Notes: a model not told the origin generated them from the sequence alone. Positions 17,612 through 26,649 are shown, counted from the first letter of the stretch. The stretch is 64,000 nucleotides of DNA from Candidatus Fraserbacteria bacterium (GCA_947085185.1 CAMTVK010000003.1:96001-160000), one strand, 5' to 3'. Numbers and translations: made by a program.

Positions 17612-18654
17612 CGTTAGACGAGCGAGCCCGCGCAGCCTTACACACTATAGAGATTCCTCGCGCTCACCGACCGCTCAGCGATCTTGTGGAAGCTCTCTCT
17701 ATCGATGGAGAGGCTGTCCATGTGCGGCTGCGCTTGCTCCCCGCTTATGCGTCCAAATCTCAGCTCAAAGCCTGGGTCGAACAAGCATTCCAAGGTATTT
17801 CTGAGATCAAGACGGTGCACGTCGAATTTGCCCAGGCTCCACGACAGGCGCCTCGGCCCCGCCTCCTCCATCCCACACAGAAGCTGCACTTTCCCCAGAT
17901 CGCTCATATTGTTGCGATCTTTAGCGGCAAGGGCGGGGTAGGCAAAAGCACCGTCAGCGTCAATCTCGCTGTAGCGCTCGCGCAGTCAGGAGCGCACGTC
18001 GGGCTCTTTGACGCGGACGTGCACGGACCGAATATTCCTACGCTTCTGGGGCTGAAAGAGCCCCCCACAGTGAAAGCCGGAAAACTCATGCCCATCTTCA
18101 AATACGGCGTCCACGCTATGTCTATTGGGCTCTTAGTGGGCGGGGGAGATCCGCTCATCTGGCGCGGCCCGATGATCTCCAAAGCGATCAATGAGCTCTT
18201 AGAGAGCACGGCCTGGCCGGAGCTCGAGTATTTGATTATAGATCTCCCCCCAGGGACAGGCGACGCGCAGTTGGGCTTGGCTCAAGACCTAGAGCTTTCC
18301 GGGGCGATCGCTGTGACGACCCCCCAAGAAGTCGCGCTCTCCGATGTGCGCCGGGGCATTGGAGCTTTCCAGAAGCTGAATGTATCTATTGTTGGGCTCA
18401 TCGAGAACATGGCGTATTATATCTGTCCTCAGTGTGGGCACAAAGACTATATCTTTGGGCAAGGGGGTGGCGCCAGCGAAGCCCATAGACGCCAGATCCC
18501 GCTGTTGGGGCAGATCCCCCTCGATCCGAAGCTCCGCGAGAACGGCGACGCTGGGGTGCCTATTGTGATCGCGGCACCGTCGTCACCCACAGCTCAAGAG
18601 TTCACCAAGATCGCCCAGGCGCTCATCGAACGATGGAACACACACAAGGGGTGA
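17608..18654 (+). CDS. Mrp/NBP35 (ApbC) Fe-S cluster carrier ATPase
   Basis: SGKGGVGKST, DADVHGP, IWRGPM, DLPPGTGD, ENMAYYICPQC. Confidence 0.93.
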   Translation: MTLDERARAALHTIEIPRAHRPLSDLVEALSIDGEAVHVRLRLLPAYASKSQLKAWVEQAFQGISEIKTVHVEFAQAPRQAPRPRLLHPTQKLHFPQIAHIVAIFSGKGGVGKSTVSVNLAVALAQSGAHVGLFDADVHGPNIPTLLGLKEPPTVKAGKLMPIFKYGVHAMSIGLLVGGGDPLIWRGPMISKAINELLESTAWPELEYLIIDLPPGTGDAQLGLAQDLELSGAIAVTTPQEVALSDVRRGIGAFQKLNVSIVGLIENMAYYICPQCGHKDYIFGQGGGASEAHRRQIPLLGQIPLDPKLRENGDAGVPIVIAAPSSPTAQEFTKIAQALIERWNTHKG

Positions 18655-18660
18655 CCACCA

Positions 18661-18966
18661 ATGACCGCTGACGATATCCGCGAGGTGATCCGCGAGAACG
18701 TCTTCGACCCGGAGCTGGGCTACAACGTCGTGGATTTGGGGTTGCTCTACGACGTCGACATCCGCGACGACAAGACCGTGCGTCTGGAGATGACATTGAC
18801 GACTGTAGGCTGCCCGCTCTACGAGCAGATCCAAGCTGACTGTGAGCGTGCGATCAAGGAACGCTTTGGGGAGGACGTCACCGTTGAGGTCGATTTCGTC
18901 TTCGATCCGCCGTGGAGCCCAGAGATGATGTCGGAAGAGATCCGCGCGGAGATGGGATTTATCTAG
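18661..18966 (+). CDS. DUF59/SufT Fe-S assembly protein
   Basis: DPELGYNVVDLGL, MTLTTVGCP, FDPPWSPEMM. Confidence 0.92.
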   Translation: MTADDIREVIRENVFDPELGYNVVDLGLLYDVDIRDDKTVRLEMTLTTVGCPLYEQIQADCERAIKERFGEDVTVEVDFVFDPPWSPEMMSEEIRAEMGFI

Positions 18967-19599
18967 ATGGCTCGCTGTGTCTATTGTGGGAAGCGGGTGG
19001 GCAAGCGTGCTTGCCCGGCGCTGGGAGGGCTGATCTGTCCGTCATGCTGTGGGCAGCATCGCGGGATCGACATCAGCTGTCCGATCAGCTGCAAATATTT
19101 CAAGGCGCATGAGAGCTATCAGCGCGATCGGCTCGCCGACGAATTCCACGCCCTGTGGCGTGAGAAGACCGAATCCCTCTATAAAGCTGGCAAGGAGCGC
19201 GTGATCGATCTCATCGTCATGATAGAGATGCTGATCTATCAGTTCTATCGGGAGCGGGCCTTGGGCACAGACACCGATGTGCTCGAGGCGCTCGAAGCGC
19301 TCCGACGTCGGTTCAGCCCAGTGATGGTCATCGAGGCGGGGAGCACCGCGTTAGCTGCTCACATATGGCACGGCCTGCAAGAGTTTAAAGAATCCCTGAC
19401 TCCTGAAGAGGCCTCCGAGAGCTTAGAGAAGAGCTTGGAGATCTTCAGAGCCTACACGGACGCAACGCATCCCAGAAAGTATCTGCACGGGCTTTTGGGG
19501 CACGTCGCGCGATATTTTCAGCTTCCTCCGGAGATGACCACCAGCCCATCCCTCATTGCTACCCCGCAGATCGTCACGCCTCCTACTGCCAGGGGATGA
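18967..19599 (+). CDS. Hypothetical protein with Cys-rich N-terminal metal-binding domain
   Basis: Eight Cys in the first 40 aa; starts immediately after the SufT stop. Confidence 0.75.
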   Translation: MARCVYCGKRVGKRACPALGGLICPSCCGQHRGIDISCPISCKYFKAHESYQRDRLADEFHALWREKTESLYKAGKERVIDLIVMIEMLIYQFYRERALGTDTDVLEALEALRRRFSPVMVIEAGSTALAAHIWHGLQEFKESLTPEEASESLEKSLEIFRAYTDATHPRKYLHGLLGHVARYFQLPPEMTTSPSLIATPQIVTPPTARG

Positions 19600-20635
19600 C
19601 CCATTCCCACTGGGGCCCACGGAAGTACTGTCCAATAATAATGAGCGCGATCGCCGCTCCTATTAAGAAGACAAAGAGCGCTGTAGTCACCGGGCGGTCC
19701 CGCAGACGACGTCCCGGGGGCTTGCTCTTGTCTTTTCTCCAGAACTCCAGATAGGGCTCAATATAGGGGATCGCGATCAAGATCAAAATAAAGAGCGTGG
19801 GCGCGATCACGCCCCCAAGAGCCACGCTTGTCAGCGGCCCAATATTGGGAGAAATTGCTAACAGCTCTTGGATGCCCACAAAGTACCAAGGGGCTTTCTC
19901 GGGATTGGGCGTGAACGATGGGGTCGCCGGTTCTTGGAGTGGGGCATCGCGGAAGACTGAATAGATCCCAAGCCCCGCCGTCAATACAAACAGAATCGTA
20001 AACGCTACATAGAGAAAGTACGGATAGGTGATGATCTCTTCTTCTTCGGTGGGGAGGCGCTTGGCGAACGCTTCGAGGATCTTCTGGACTTTTTCGTGGG
20101 TGAGCTCAAACTGGGTTGGGATCTCTTTGGTCTTCTGCTCTTTGGAGACGTAGCTAAAGATCGTATAGAGAGCTTCAAAGTCTGAGGGGTCGCCGCCGCC
20201 ATCGAGCAAGGCTTCCACGCGATTGCTCAAGTCTTTGAGTCTCTTCACGGTCAGCGTCTGTCTGGAGGGCAGCTGGCGCAACGGGATCTTCTCGGCAGCG
20301 TAAGCCAAGACATCTCTCACGAGCCCTGGCTCGATCTGAAGAGCTTCGGCGACTTCGTAGCCTGGGATTTCTATCTCTATCTCTTGGGTGACGTTGATTT
20401 GACATGAGAGCCGCCAGCCCTGGCTGAGCTGCTCTTCGCCCAGGACGTCGAGCTCATTTTGATTGGGCTCTCCTCCGCCCTTGAAGACTCTGACGGCACA
20501 GGTCGAGCACTGCCCCTGGCCTCCGCACGTCGCAGGGAGTTGATCATCATAGCGATGCTCTTGAATGAGCTTTAAGAGATTGGTCCCTGGTCGGACGTCA
20601 AATTCTTTCTGGCCAAGAATGACGACCTTGGGCAT
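19583..20635 (-). CDS. [2Fe-2S] ferredoxin fused to cytochrome b C-terminal part (subunit IV/PetD-like)
   Basis: N-terminal CGGQGQCSTC...RLSC; C-terminal TM helices with DAPLQEPATPSFTPNPEKAPWYF (PEWY-position motif). Confidence 0.85.
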   Translation of the reverse strand: MPKVVILGQKEFDVRPGTNLLKLIQEHRYDDQLPATCGGQGQCSTCAVRVFKGGGEPNQNELDVLGEEQLSQGWRLSCQINVTQEIEIEIPGYEVAEALQIEPGLVRDVLAYAAEKIPLRQLPSRQTLTVKRLKDLSNRVEALLDGGGDPSDFEALYTIFSYVSKEQKTKEIPTQFELTHEKVQKILEAFAKRLPTEEEEIITYPYFLYVAFTILFVLTAGLGIYSVFRDAPLQEPATPSFTPNPEKAPWYFVGIQELLAISPNIGPLTSVALGGVIAPTLFILILIAIPYIEPYLEFWRKDKSKPPGRRLRDRPVTTALFVFLIGAAIALIIIGQYFRGPQWEWVIPWQ

Positions 20636-20636
20636 A

Positions 20637-21266
20637 CTAGCTGGGGTTCACCCCTGCCTTGGCGGCTTGTTTGAGTCTCTCTAAGACGGGCGTGCCGCCG
20701 GGGTAGCACCCATCGAGCTTGGCTTTGCCGGCGACGACAGCCTCCGCAAAATCCTCGCACGTGGGATACCCGCAGGCCAGACAATCAAAGCCGGGCAAGA
20801 CCGCGCGGAGCTTGGCCGCCGCGGGCGAGAGCGCTGGAGCTTTGGGAGCTTCAGGAGCTTGCTCGACCTTGGGCCAGGACATGACTAACGGCTTAAAGAG
20901 CTCGATCACAAGATCGCTCTTCATCGAGATCTGGCATGATAAGACCCAGCCCTCCTTGCGCAGCTTATCGCTGAGGGGGCCGAGCATCGCCGGGGTGATC
21001 TGCTCTGGAGCCAGCCCTTCTAAGACTTTGACGCGGCAGGTCGCGCACGTGCCCTTGCCGCCGCACTGCGCGAACAGATCATACCCGGCTTTTTTGAGGG
21101 CTTGCATCAGGTTCTGCTCCAGGGGTAAGACCAGCTCATTGCCGTCGTTGACGATCTTGACGCGTGCCTCTCCCTCAGCTGTGAGCACATTCTTTAATAT
21201 CCCTAACACAAGAGCTACCGAGATGGCCATCAGGGCCATCGTCGCTACTGGTACGAGATAGACCAT
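20637..21266 (-). CDS. Membrane-anchored Fe-S protein: NqrF-like TM+[2Fe-2S] domain plus RnfB-like [4Fe-4S] domain
   Basis: TM helix, CGGKGTCATC...LSC, then LPGFDCLACGYPTCEDFAEAV...CYPGG; no FAD/NADH domain. Confidence 0.82.
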   Translation of the reverse strand: MVYLVPVATMALMAISVALVLGILKNVLTAEGEARVKIVNDGNELVLPLEQNLMQALKKAGYDLFAQCGGKGTCATCRVKVLEGLAPEQITPAMLGPLSDKLRKEGWVLSCQISMKSDLVIELFKPLVMSWPKVEQAPEAPKAPALSPAAAKLRAVLPGFDCLACGYPTCEDFAEAVVAGKAKLDGCYPGGTPVLERLKQAAKAGVNPS

Positions 21267-21293
21267 AAGATCACAAGCTATGAGCTTGGTTTT

Positions 21294-21890
21294 TCATCCT
21301 CCAAAGTCGCGAATATTGATCATTCCCGAAAAGCCCACGAAGCTCATGGCCATGAGGCCCGCAATGATCAGGGCGATCCCTGGGCCTTTGAGCCCCTCAG
21401 GGATGGGAGCAAAGCGCAGGCGCTCTCTCATAGCCGCCATCAAGATGATCGCCAAAGCCCAACCGACGCCCCCGCCAAACCCAAACGCCACGCTCTCGAG
21501 AAACCCCAAATTCCATGTGGCTAACGCGAAGAGCACCCCGCCCAGAATCGCACAATTCACTGTGATCAAGGGCAAGAAGATCCCTAAAGAGTTATACAAA
21601 GCCGGGAGAAAGCGCTTCATGAACATCTCCACGGCCTGGACCAAGAACGCGATCGTCACAATATAGACGATGAGCGACAGATATCCTACTCCCAAGGGAT
21701 CGAGCACAAAGTGCTTGATGAGCCAATTGGCAGGCAGGGTCATGGTCAGCACGAAGATCACCGCCATGCCCATCCCCGACGCCGATGCGTATTCGCCCGA
21801 GACGCCAATGAACGGACAGATTCCCAAGAACGTCGTGAGCAAGATATTATTCGTGAGGATCGCGCCAAGCACAATGAGAAAGATGTCCAT
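21294..21890 (-). CDS. rnfA: RnfA/NqrE membrane subunit
   Basis: NNILLTTFLGICPF, LPLITVNCAILG, AMRERL. Confidence 0.92.
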   Translation of the reverse strand: MDIFLIVLGAILTNNILLTTFLGICPFIGVSGEYASASGMGMAVIFVLTMTLPANWLIKHFVLDPLGVGYLSLIVYIVTIAFLVQAVEMFMKRFLPALYNSLGIFLPLITVNCAILGGVLFALATWNLGFLESVAFGFGGGVGWALAIILMAAMRERLRFAPIPEGLKGPGIALIIAGLMAMSFVGFSGMINIRDFGG

Positions 21891-21893
21891 AAG

Positions 21894-22574
21894 CTACGCG
21901 CCTCCTCCGATCTGGCCGCCGGGGGAGAAGTGCCTTACGATCCCGACATACAGCCCCACAAGTAAGAACGCCCCCGCCGGGATGATCATGATGACCCAGG
22001 GAGTCCAGCCGCTGAAGATCTGAATCCCGAACAAGCTGCCAAAGCCCAAGAGCTCCCGAACGATGCCGAGTATCGTCAGGGACATCGTGAACCCTAGCCC
22101 GACGCCGATAGCGTCGAGCGCCGACAGTCCTGGGCCGTTTTGGCTGGCGAACGCTTCGGCTCGTCCCAGCACGAAACAGTTCGTAATGATCAATGGGACG
22201 TAAGGCCCAAGCGCTGCCGACAGCGGCGGCAGATACGCGCGCAAGAAGATATCGACGATCGTTACCCAGAACGCAATGATGATCATATACGCGGGCAGGC
22301 GCACTTCCGCGGGGATAACGGTGCGGAGAGCTGCTACGGTGGCGCTTGAGGCCACGGTCGCGATCAGCGTCGCAAGCCCTTGGGCCATGCCGTTCATGGC
22401 CATGTTCGTCGCGCCCATGGTGGGGCACATCGCCAAGATCATCCGGAAAGTTGGGTTGTCGTCCCAGATATCGCGAACGAGTTCCTTCCACCCTTTGGTC
22501 TGGGGCAGCCGCTGGGGGAACGGAATAGCCGGCGCTGATGCGCGTTGCATCACTGCTGTCTTCACTTCTGCCAT
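21894..22574 (-). CDS. rnfE: RnfE/NqrD membrane subunit
   Basis: NPTF...MCPTMGAT, PLIITNCFVLGRAEAFA, RELLGFGS, PAGAF; ATG 22574 has SD AAGGAG. Confidence 0.92.
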   Translation of the reverse strand: MAEVKTAVMQRASAPAIPFPQRLPQTKGWKELVRDIWDDNPTFRMILAMCPTMGATNMAMNGMAQGLATLIATVASSATVAALRTVIPAEVRLPAYMIIIAFWVTIVDIFLRAYLPPLSAALGPYVPLIITNCFVLGRAEAFASQNGPGLSALDAIGVGLGFTMSLTILGIVRELLGFGSLFGIQIFSGWTPWVIMIIPAGAFLLVGLYVGIVRHFSPGGQIGGGA

Positions 22575-22617
22575 CCGCCTCAACTCCTTCTGACTGCGCT
22601 GAGGTCAGTCATAAAAA

Positions 22618-22646
22618 AGCATACTAAAACTGTCCGATTTTTTCAA
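22618..22646 (-). promoter_or_regulatory. Possible internal promoter upstream of rnfE
   Basis: TTGAAA-17-TATGCT in the only sizeable intergenic gap of the operon. Confidence 0.45.
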
Positions 22647-22648
22647 GG

Positions 22649-23347
22649 TCATCGCTTTTTCTCTAGAATTTTTCGCAAGTTCGCGATCGCCTGGTTGAGC
22701 AGATCTCGCACCGTCGTGGACGTATACGTAGCCCCGGTGATGGCGTCAAACTGATTGGGGGCTTTGGGGGAGCTGGGATCGCGGAACTTCACAAACTCGA
22801 TGCGCGGCTCGGTCTTCATCCCTTTGAATTGGCTCCAAAATTTCTCTTCGGTCATGCGGAAGCCCAACCCTGGGGTCTCGCCGATCTCGAACGTCACGAC
22901 ATGCGCCCCGATAATCTCTGACAGATCGGGCTTGAGCGCCACTTGCATGGCGACGAGTCCCTGAAAGCCGCTGCCTTGGATGCGAATAACGTACGCTGAG
23001 AGCTCCCCGCCGATCTTGTCTTTGTAGACCTTCCAGTACGTAAAGCTATCGGCCTTGACCTCCTCGATGTGCTCTTTGAAGTACTGATCTATTTGGGCGG
23101 GGGAGAGCACAGGCAGCCCCTCTTGGGGGAAGAGCTCGTCAGCAGAGTACTCGCCCAGCGCCACAAGGATGCTCGAGCGCAGGCGGGCCTTGGCGTTCGC
23201 TTCAATAGTTGCTTTCGTCACTTCATTGACCACTGCGAGCAGTCCCCCCGCTATGGCGGCGATCGCTGTCAGCACCACGATCATGCGCCACTCGTGAGGC
23301 CCGATCAGCTTCTTCTTTCTCTTTTGGGGTTGTGCTGGCTCAGCCAT
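22649..23347 (-). CDS. rnfG: RnfG/NqrC covalent-FMN subunit
   Basis: N-terminal TM helix, GSGFQG, ETPGLG, FDAITGATYTS flavinylation motif. Confidence 0.92.
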   Translation of the reverse strand: MAEPAQPQKRKKKLIGPHEWRMIVVLTAIAAIAGGLLAVVNEVTKATIEANAKARLRSSILVALGEYSADELFPQEGLPVLSPAQIDQYFKEHIEEVKADSFTYWKVYKDKIGGELSAYVIRIQGSGFQGLVAMQVALKPDLSEIIGAHVVTFEIGETPGLGFRMTEEKFWSQFKGMKTEPRIEFVKFRDPSSPKAPNQFDAITGATYTSTTVRDLLNQAIANLRKILEKKR

Positions 23348-23353
23348 ACAAGA

Positions 23354-24469
23354 TCACCTCTTTTGGAGAGCTGGCGCCGAGAAGCTCTTGGGGATCGTGA
23401 ATCTGTCAATCAACGGCGTGAACATATTGCCAATTAAAATAGCGAACGTCACCCACTCGGCATAGCCGGTCAGCCCACGCCCCAGTACCGTCAACACTCC
23501 CAACATTATACCGAAGATCCATCGTCCGCGGACGGTCATAGGGCTCGTGACAGGATCGGTCGCATTGAGAAATGCCGCAAAGAGCAAGCCCCCACTGAGC
23601 ACGGCGTAGATCCCATCAGGGAATCTCACAGGATTGATAAAGCTGAGAAACTGCGAAGTCAGCCCAGCAGTAACGATCATAACTATTGAGACGCGCCAGT
23701 CAATGATCCGTGCATATAAGAGATAGAGTCCGCCTAGGAGAACGAGCAGGGCCGAAGTCGCTCCCAGGACATCCGCCCGACCAAAGCCCGTCACGAGCGT
23801 AAAGAGCTCGGGATTGGCAATGTCTGGGGAGTTGAACGCCCCCAAGGGGGTCGCCTTGGCGATGGCGTCTATGCCCTTTACTGATTCGGGAGACCAATGC
23901 ACAAAACCTCCAAGTCCGTCCGTCAACGGGTTGAAGGGCATGTACCAGCGCGTTGTCATAGCCGACGGGAACGCTAAGAGTAAAAACGCCCGCCCGCTGA
24001 TCGCCGGGTTGAAGATATTATATCCCGACCCGCCGAAGAGTTCTTTGACCCCAATGGCGAAGAAGATCCCCATCGCGACCATCCACAGGGGCAGCGTTGG
24101 GGGCAGCGAGAGCGCATAGAGAATGCATGTCACCAGCAGACCCTCGGTGATCTCGTGGCGCCGGACTGCACAGAAAGTAAACTCGACAGCCATCCCGACA
24201 AGATAAGTCACTACGATGATCGCCAGGGCACGCCATCCGTAAAAGTAGATGCTCGCCAGGGCCAGAGGGATGCAGACGAGTATAGGAGAGCCCATGTAGC
24301 GTTGCATTCCCAAGGCGTCCCGAATATAGGGGGCTTGGCGAGCTGGCTTATCGCTGCCGCCGAAGATCGAATCTTTGAGACCCTCCCATAGGATAGCCAA
24401 GCCCTCGGCACGGCGGGCGTGGAGGTCGCGATGCACCCTCTCGAAGAAATTATAGATCTTGTCTTTCAT
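23354..24469 (-). CDS. rnfD: RnfD/NqrB membrane subunit
   Basis: APYIRDA, KELFGGSGYNIFNPA, DAIAKATPL, ATDPVTSP; ATG 24469 overlaps the rnfC stop (ATGA). Confidence 0.92.
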   Translation of the reverse strand: MKDKIYNFFERVHRDLHARRAEGLAILWEGLKDSIFGGSDKPARQAPYIRDALGMQRYMGSPILVCIPLALASIYFYGWRALAIIVVTYLVGMAVEFTFCAVRRHEITEGLLVTCILYALSLPPTLPLWMVAMGIFFAIGVKELFGGSGYNIFNPAISGRAFLLLAFPSAMTTRWYMPFNPLTDGLGGFVHWSPESVKGIDAIAKATPLGAFNSPDIANPELFTLVTGFGRADVLGATSALLVLLGGLYLLYARIIDWRVSIVMIVTAGLTSQFLSFINPVRFPDGIYAVLSGGLLFAAFLNATDPVTSPMTVRGRWIFGIMLGVLTVLGRGLTGYAEWVTFAILIGNMFTPLIDRFTIPKSFSAPALQKR

Positions 24470-25890
24470 GATGCCTCCGTGAGAACCTTGCGTTTGCCTT
24501 CGCGAATCTGTTCTAAGAGCGGGATCTTGCTGGGGCAGACATAGGCACACAACCCGCACTCAATGCACGCAAAGAGATCAATGCTTTGCGCTTCGCTCAC
24601 CATACCGTGGGCAGAGTATTCCCCAAGCAGCGCCGGCACTAAATTCTGCGGGCAGACGTCCACGCAATAACCGCACTTGACGCAGGGCCTGGGGTTTCCG
24701 TTCAAGCTGGTCGTGGCGCGCTTGTACTTGACCCACGGCAGACTCAGATACACCCCCGTGAACGAGTCGCGATCGAAGCCCGGCCCAACGACGGGAAAGA
24801 GCTCATGCTCTGGTTCTTTGAGGGCGATCACAGCGGGGATCTCTCTGGTGATGGGGCTATCGAGATCCCCCTGGGCTTGTCCACGCATGACGCTTCCCGC
24901 GATGATGCGCCCGTTGCCCTTCAAGTTCTTCTCTAAAAGATTCCCGATGGGGGTGCCTACCCGAACCCGATAGTTCCCAGGCTCTTTTACAGCTGAGCCC
25001 GCTACGGAGACGACGCGCTCGACGAAGGGCTTGCCCTCTACGACCGCTTCATAAGCTGCCACACACTGCTGGACATCACACACGACGCACCCGACGTCAG
25101 TGGCGTAGCCTCGCTGCGGGAGCAGGAGCCCCAAGAGCGTGCGCACAAGCACCGCGTCGTCGCCCTGAGGGTATTTGGGACGCAATTGATGGATCGTGCA
25201 CCAGTCATAGTATTCGAGGCGCTCGATGAGCTCTTCGTAGATTCTCGGCTTGTTATATCCCAAGCCAATGTGCACTTGGACGTTCCCGAGCGCTTGGCGC
25301 AGGATCTTGATGCCGTTGACAAATTTGTCGAACTCTTCGTAGAGCAACTGATCGGGTGCTTCGCAGAACGGCTCGGTCTCAACGGCGTTGATTAGTAAAT
25401 AGCGAATCTTCTCTGGAGTGGCTGGGGAGGAGTGATAGATCGTGGGGAAGCCCGCTTGGCCTCCCGAAGTGACCCCGGCTTCGTAGAGGATTTTTCCCAG
25501 TTCTTCTGGGGGCAGTTTTTCGTAGTTGGCCGGGCGATCAAGCAAGAGCCAATCGTCTTTGCCGTCGGACTCGATCTCGACGCAGAGGGCCTCGCCACCT
25601 AACGGATGCGGGCGCTTCTCTATCTTCACGACCCTTCCGGAGATGCTTGCGTGGACAGGGGTCGAGGGTCTGTTGGGGTCGGGCTCGTTGCGCCCGATGA
25701 CCTGCCCCGTCTTGACGCGGTCGCCCTCTTTGACAGTCGGCACGACTTCGGCAGAAAAGCCCTGACGCAAGGGAATCAGAACTCTCGGGGGCAGCGGCGC
25801 GGATGCGAGCCGCTTGCCGCGCGGCGTCCCCTCAAAGAGCCCAAAGTAATGGCCACCCTTGAACGTCTTGAGCGCTCCTAAGACAGCCAT
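24466..25890 (-). CDS. rnfC: RnfC/NqrA-like subunit with two [4Fe-4S] motifs
   Basis: PVHASISG, AGFPT, LINAVETEP, KYPQG, CVKCGYCVDVCP and CIECGLCAYVCP. Confidence 0.9.
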   Translation of the reverse strand: MAVLGALKTFKGGHYFGLFEGTPRGKRLASAPLPPRVLIPLRQGFSAEVVPTVKEGDRVKTGQVIGRNEPDPNRPSTPVHASISGRVVKIEKRPHPLGGEALCVEIESDGKDDWLLLDRPANYEKLPPEELGKILYEAGVTSGGQAGFPTIYHSSPATPEKIRYLLINAVETEPFCEAPDQLLYEEFDKFVNGIKILRQALGNVQVHIGLGYNKPRIYEELIERLEYYDWCTIHQLRPKYPQGDDAVLVRTLLGLLLPQRGYATDVGCVVCDVQQCVAAYEAVVEGKPFVERVVSVAGSAVKEPGNYRVRVGTPIGNLLEKNLKGNGRIIAGSVMRGQAQGDLDSPITREIPAVIALKEPEHELFPVVGPGFDRDSFTGVYLSLPWVKYKRATTSLNGNPRPCVKCGYCVDVCPQNLVPALLGEYSAHGMVSEAQSIDLFACIECGLCAYVCPSKIPLLEQIREGKRKVLTEAS

Positions 25891-26649
25891 TTAGCGTCGC
25901 TTCCTTTCTTCGGTCCACCAGGGTTTGCTGTACTCGTCCTTGCGAATTCTCCAAAAGTGCAGCGCCACGAGAAAGATCAACGCCATCGGCAGCACAAAGA
26001 TGTGAATGACGTACCACCGCAAGAGCGAGGGCTGCCACAGGTCCGTGCCCCCCAAGAGTATCTGTTTCACATACGGCCCGATGATTGGTGTGCCGTCCGC
26101 GATATTGCTGGCGATCTTCGCTGCATAATAGCCCAACTGGTCCCAGGGCAGAATATACCCACTGAATGCAGAGAGCACCGTGATGACGAAGAGCAAGACC
26201 CCGATGACCCAGTTGAATTCTCTGGGCTTTTGATAGGATCCGGTGAAGAAGACCCTCAGCATATGGAAGAACACGGCGAAGACCATCAGCTCGGCGGCCC
26301 ATTTGTGCATATTGCGCATGAATCTTCCCAAGGGCACAGCGTTGACCAGCTCGCGGATAGAATCATAGGCACGCTCAACTGAGGGCACATAATAGAACAT
26401 TAAAAAGACCCCGGTGATCAAGAGAATCACAAAGAGCCAGGTTGCGATCACGCCCATCCACATCCAATTGTAGCTGAGTCGGGCCGATTCTTTATGGATC
26501 TTCGCGGGCAGGATATGCACGAAGAAGTTGCGCCTATTGAGAGCGAGCCGGTCGGCTTCAGTCTGGGGCAGCCCCTCGCGGCGGAAGATGGAGAGCCACA
26601 CGCGCGAGCGCCGTATACCCTGGCCCAGCAGAAGGAGTCTGTCCATCAT
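25891..26649 (-). CDS. Cytochrome b N-terminal part (cytochrome b6/PetB-like)
   Basis: ITGVFLMFYYVPS, RNMHKWAA...FHMLRVF, PREFNW, GYILPWDQ, WYVIH...LHFWRIRK (four heme-b His). Confidence 0.93.
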   Translation of the reverse strand: MMDRLLLLGQGIRRSRVWLSIFRREGLPQTEADRLALNRRNFFVHILPAKIHKESARLSYNWMWMGVIATWLFVILLITGVFLMFYYVPSVERAYDSIRELVNAVPLGRFMRNMHKWAAELMVFAVFFHMLRVFFTGSYQKPREFNWVIGVLLFVITVLSAFSGYILPWDQLGYYAAKIASNIADGTPIIGPYVKQILLGGTDLWQPSLLRWYVIHIFVLPMALIFLVALHFWRIRKDEYSKPWWTEERKRR

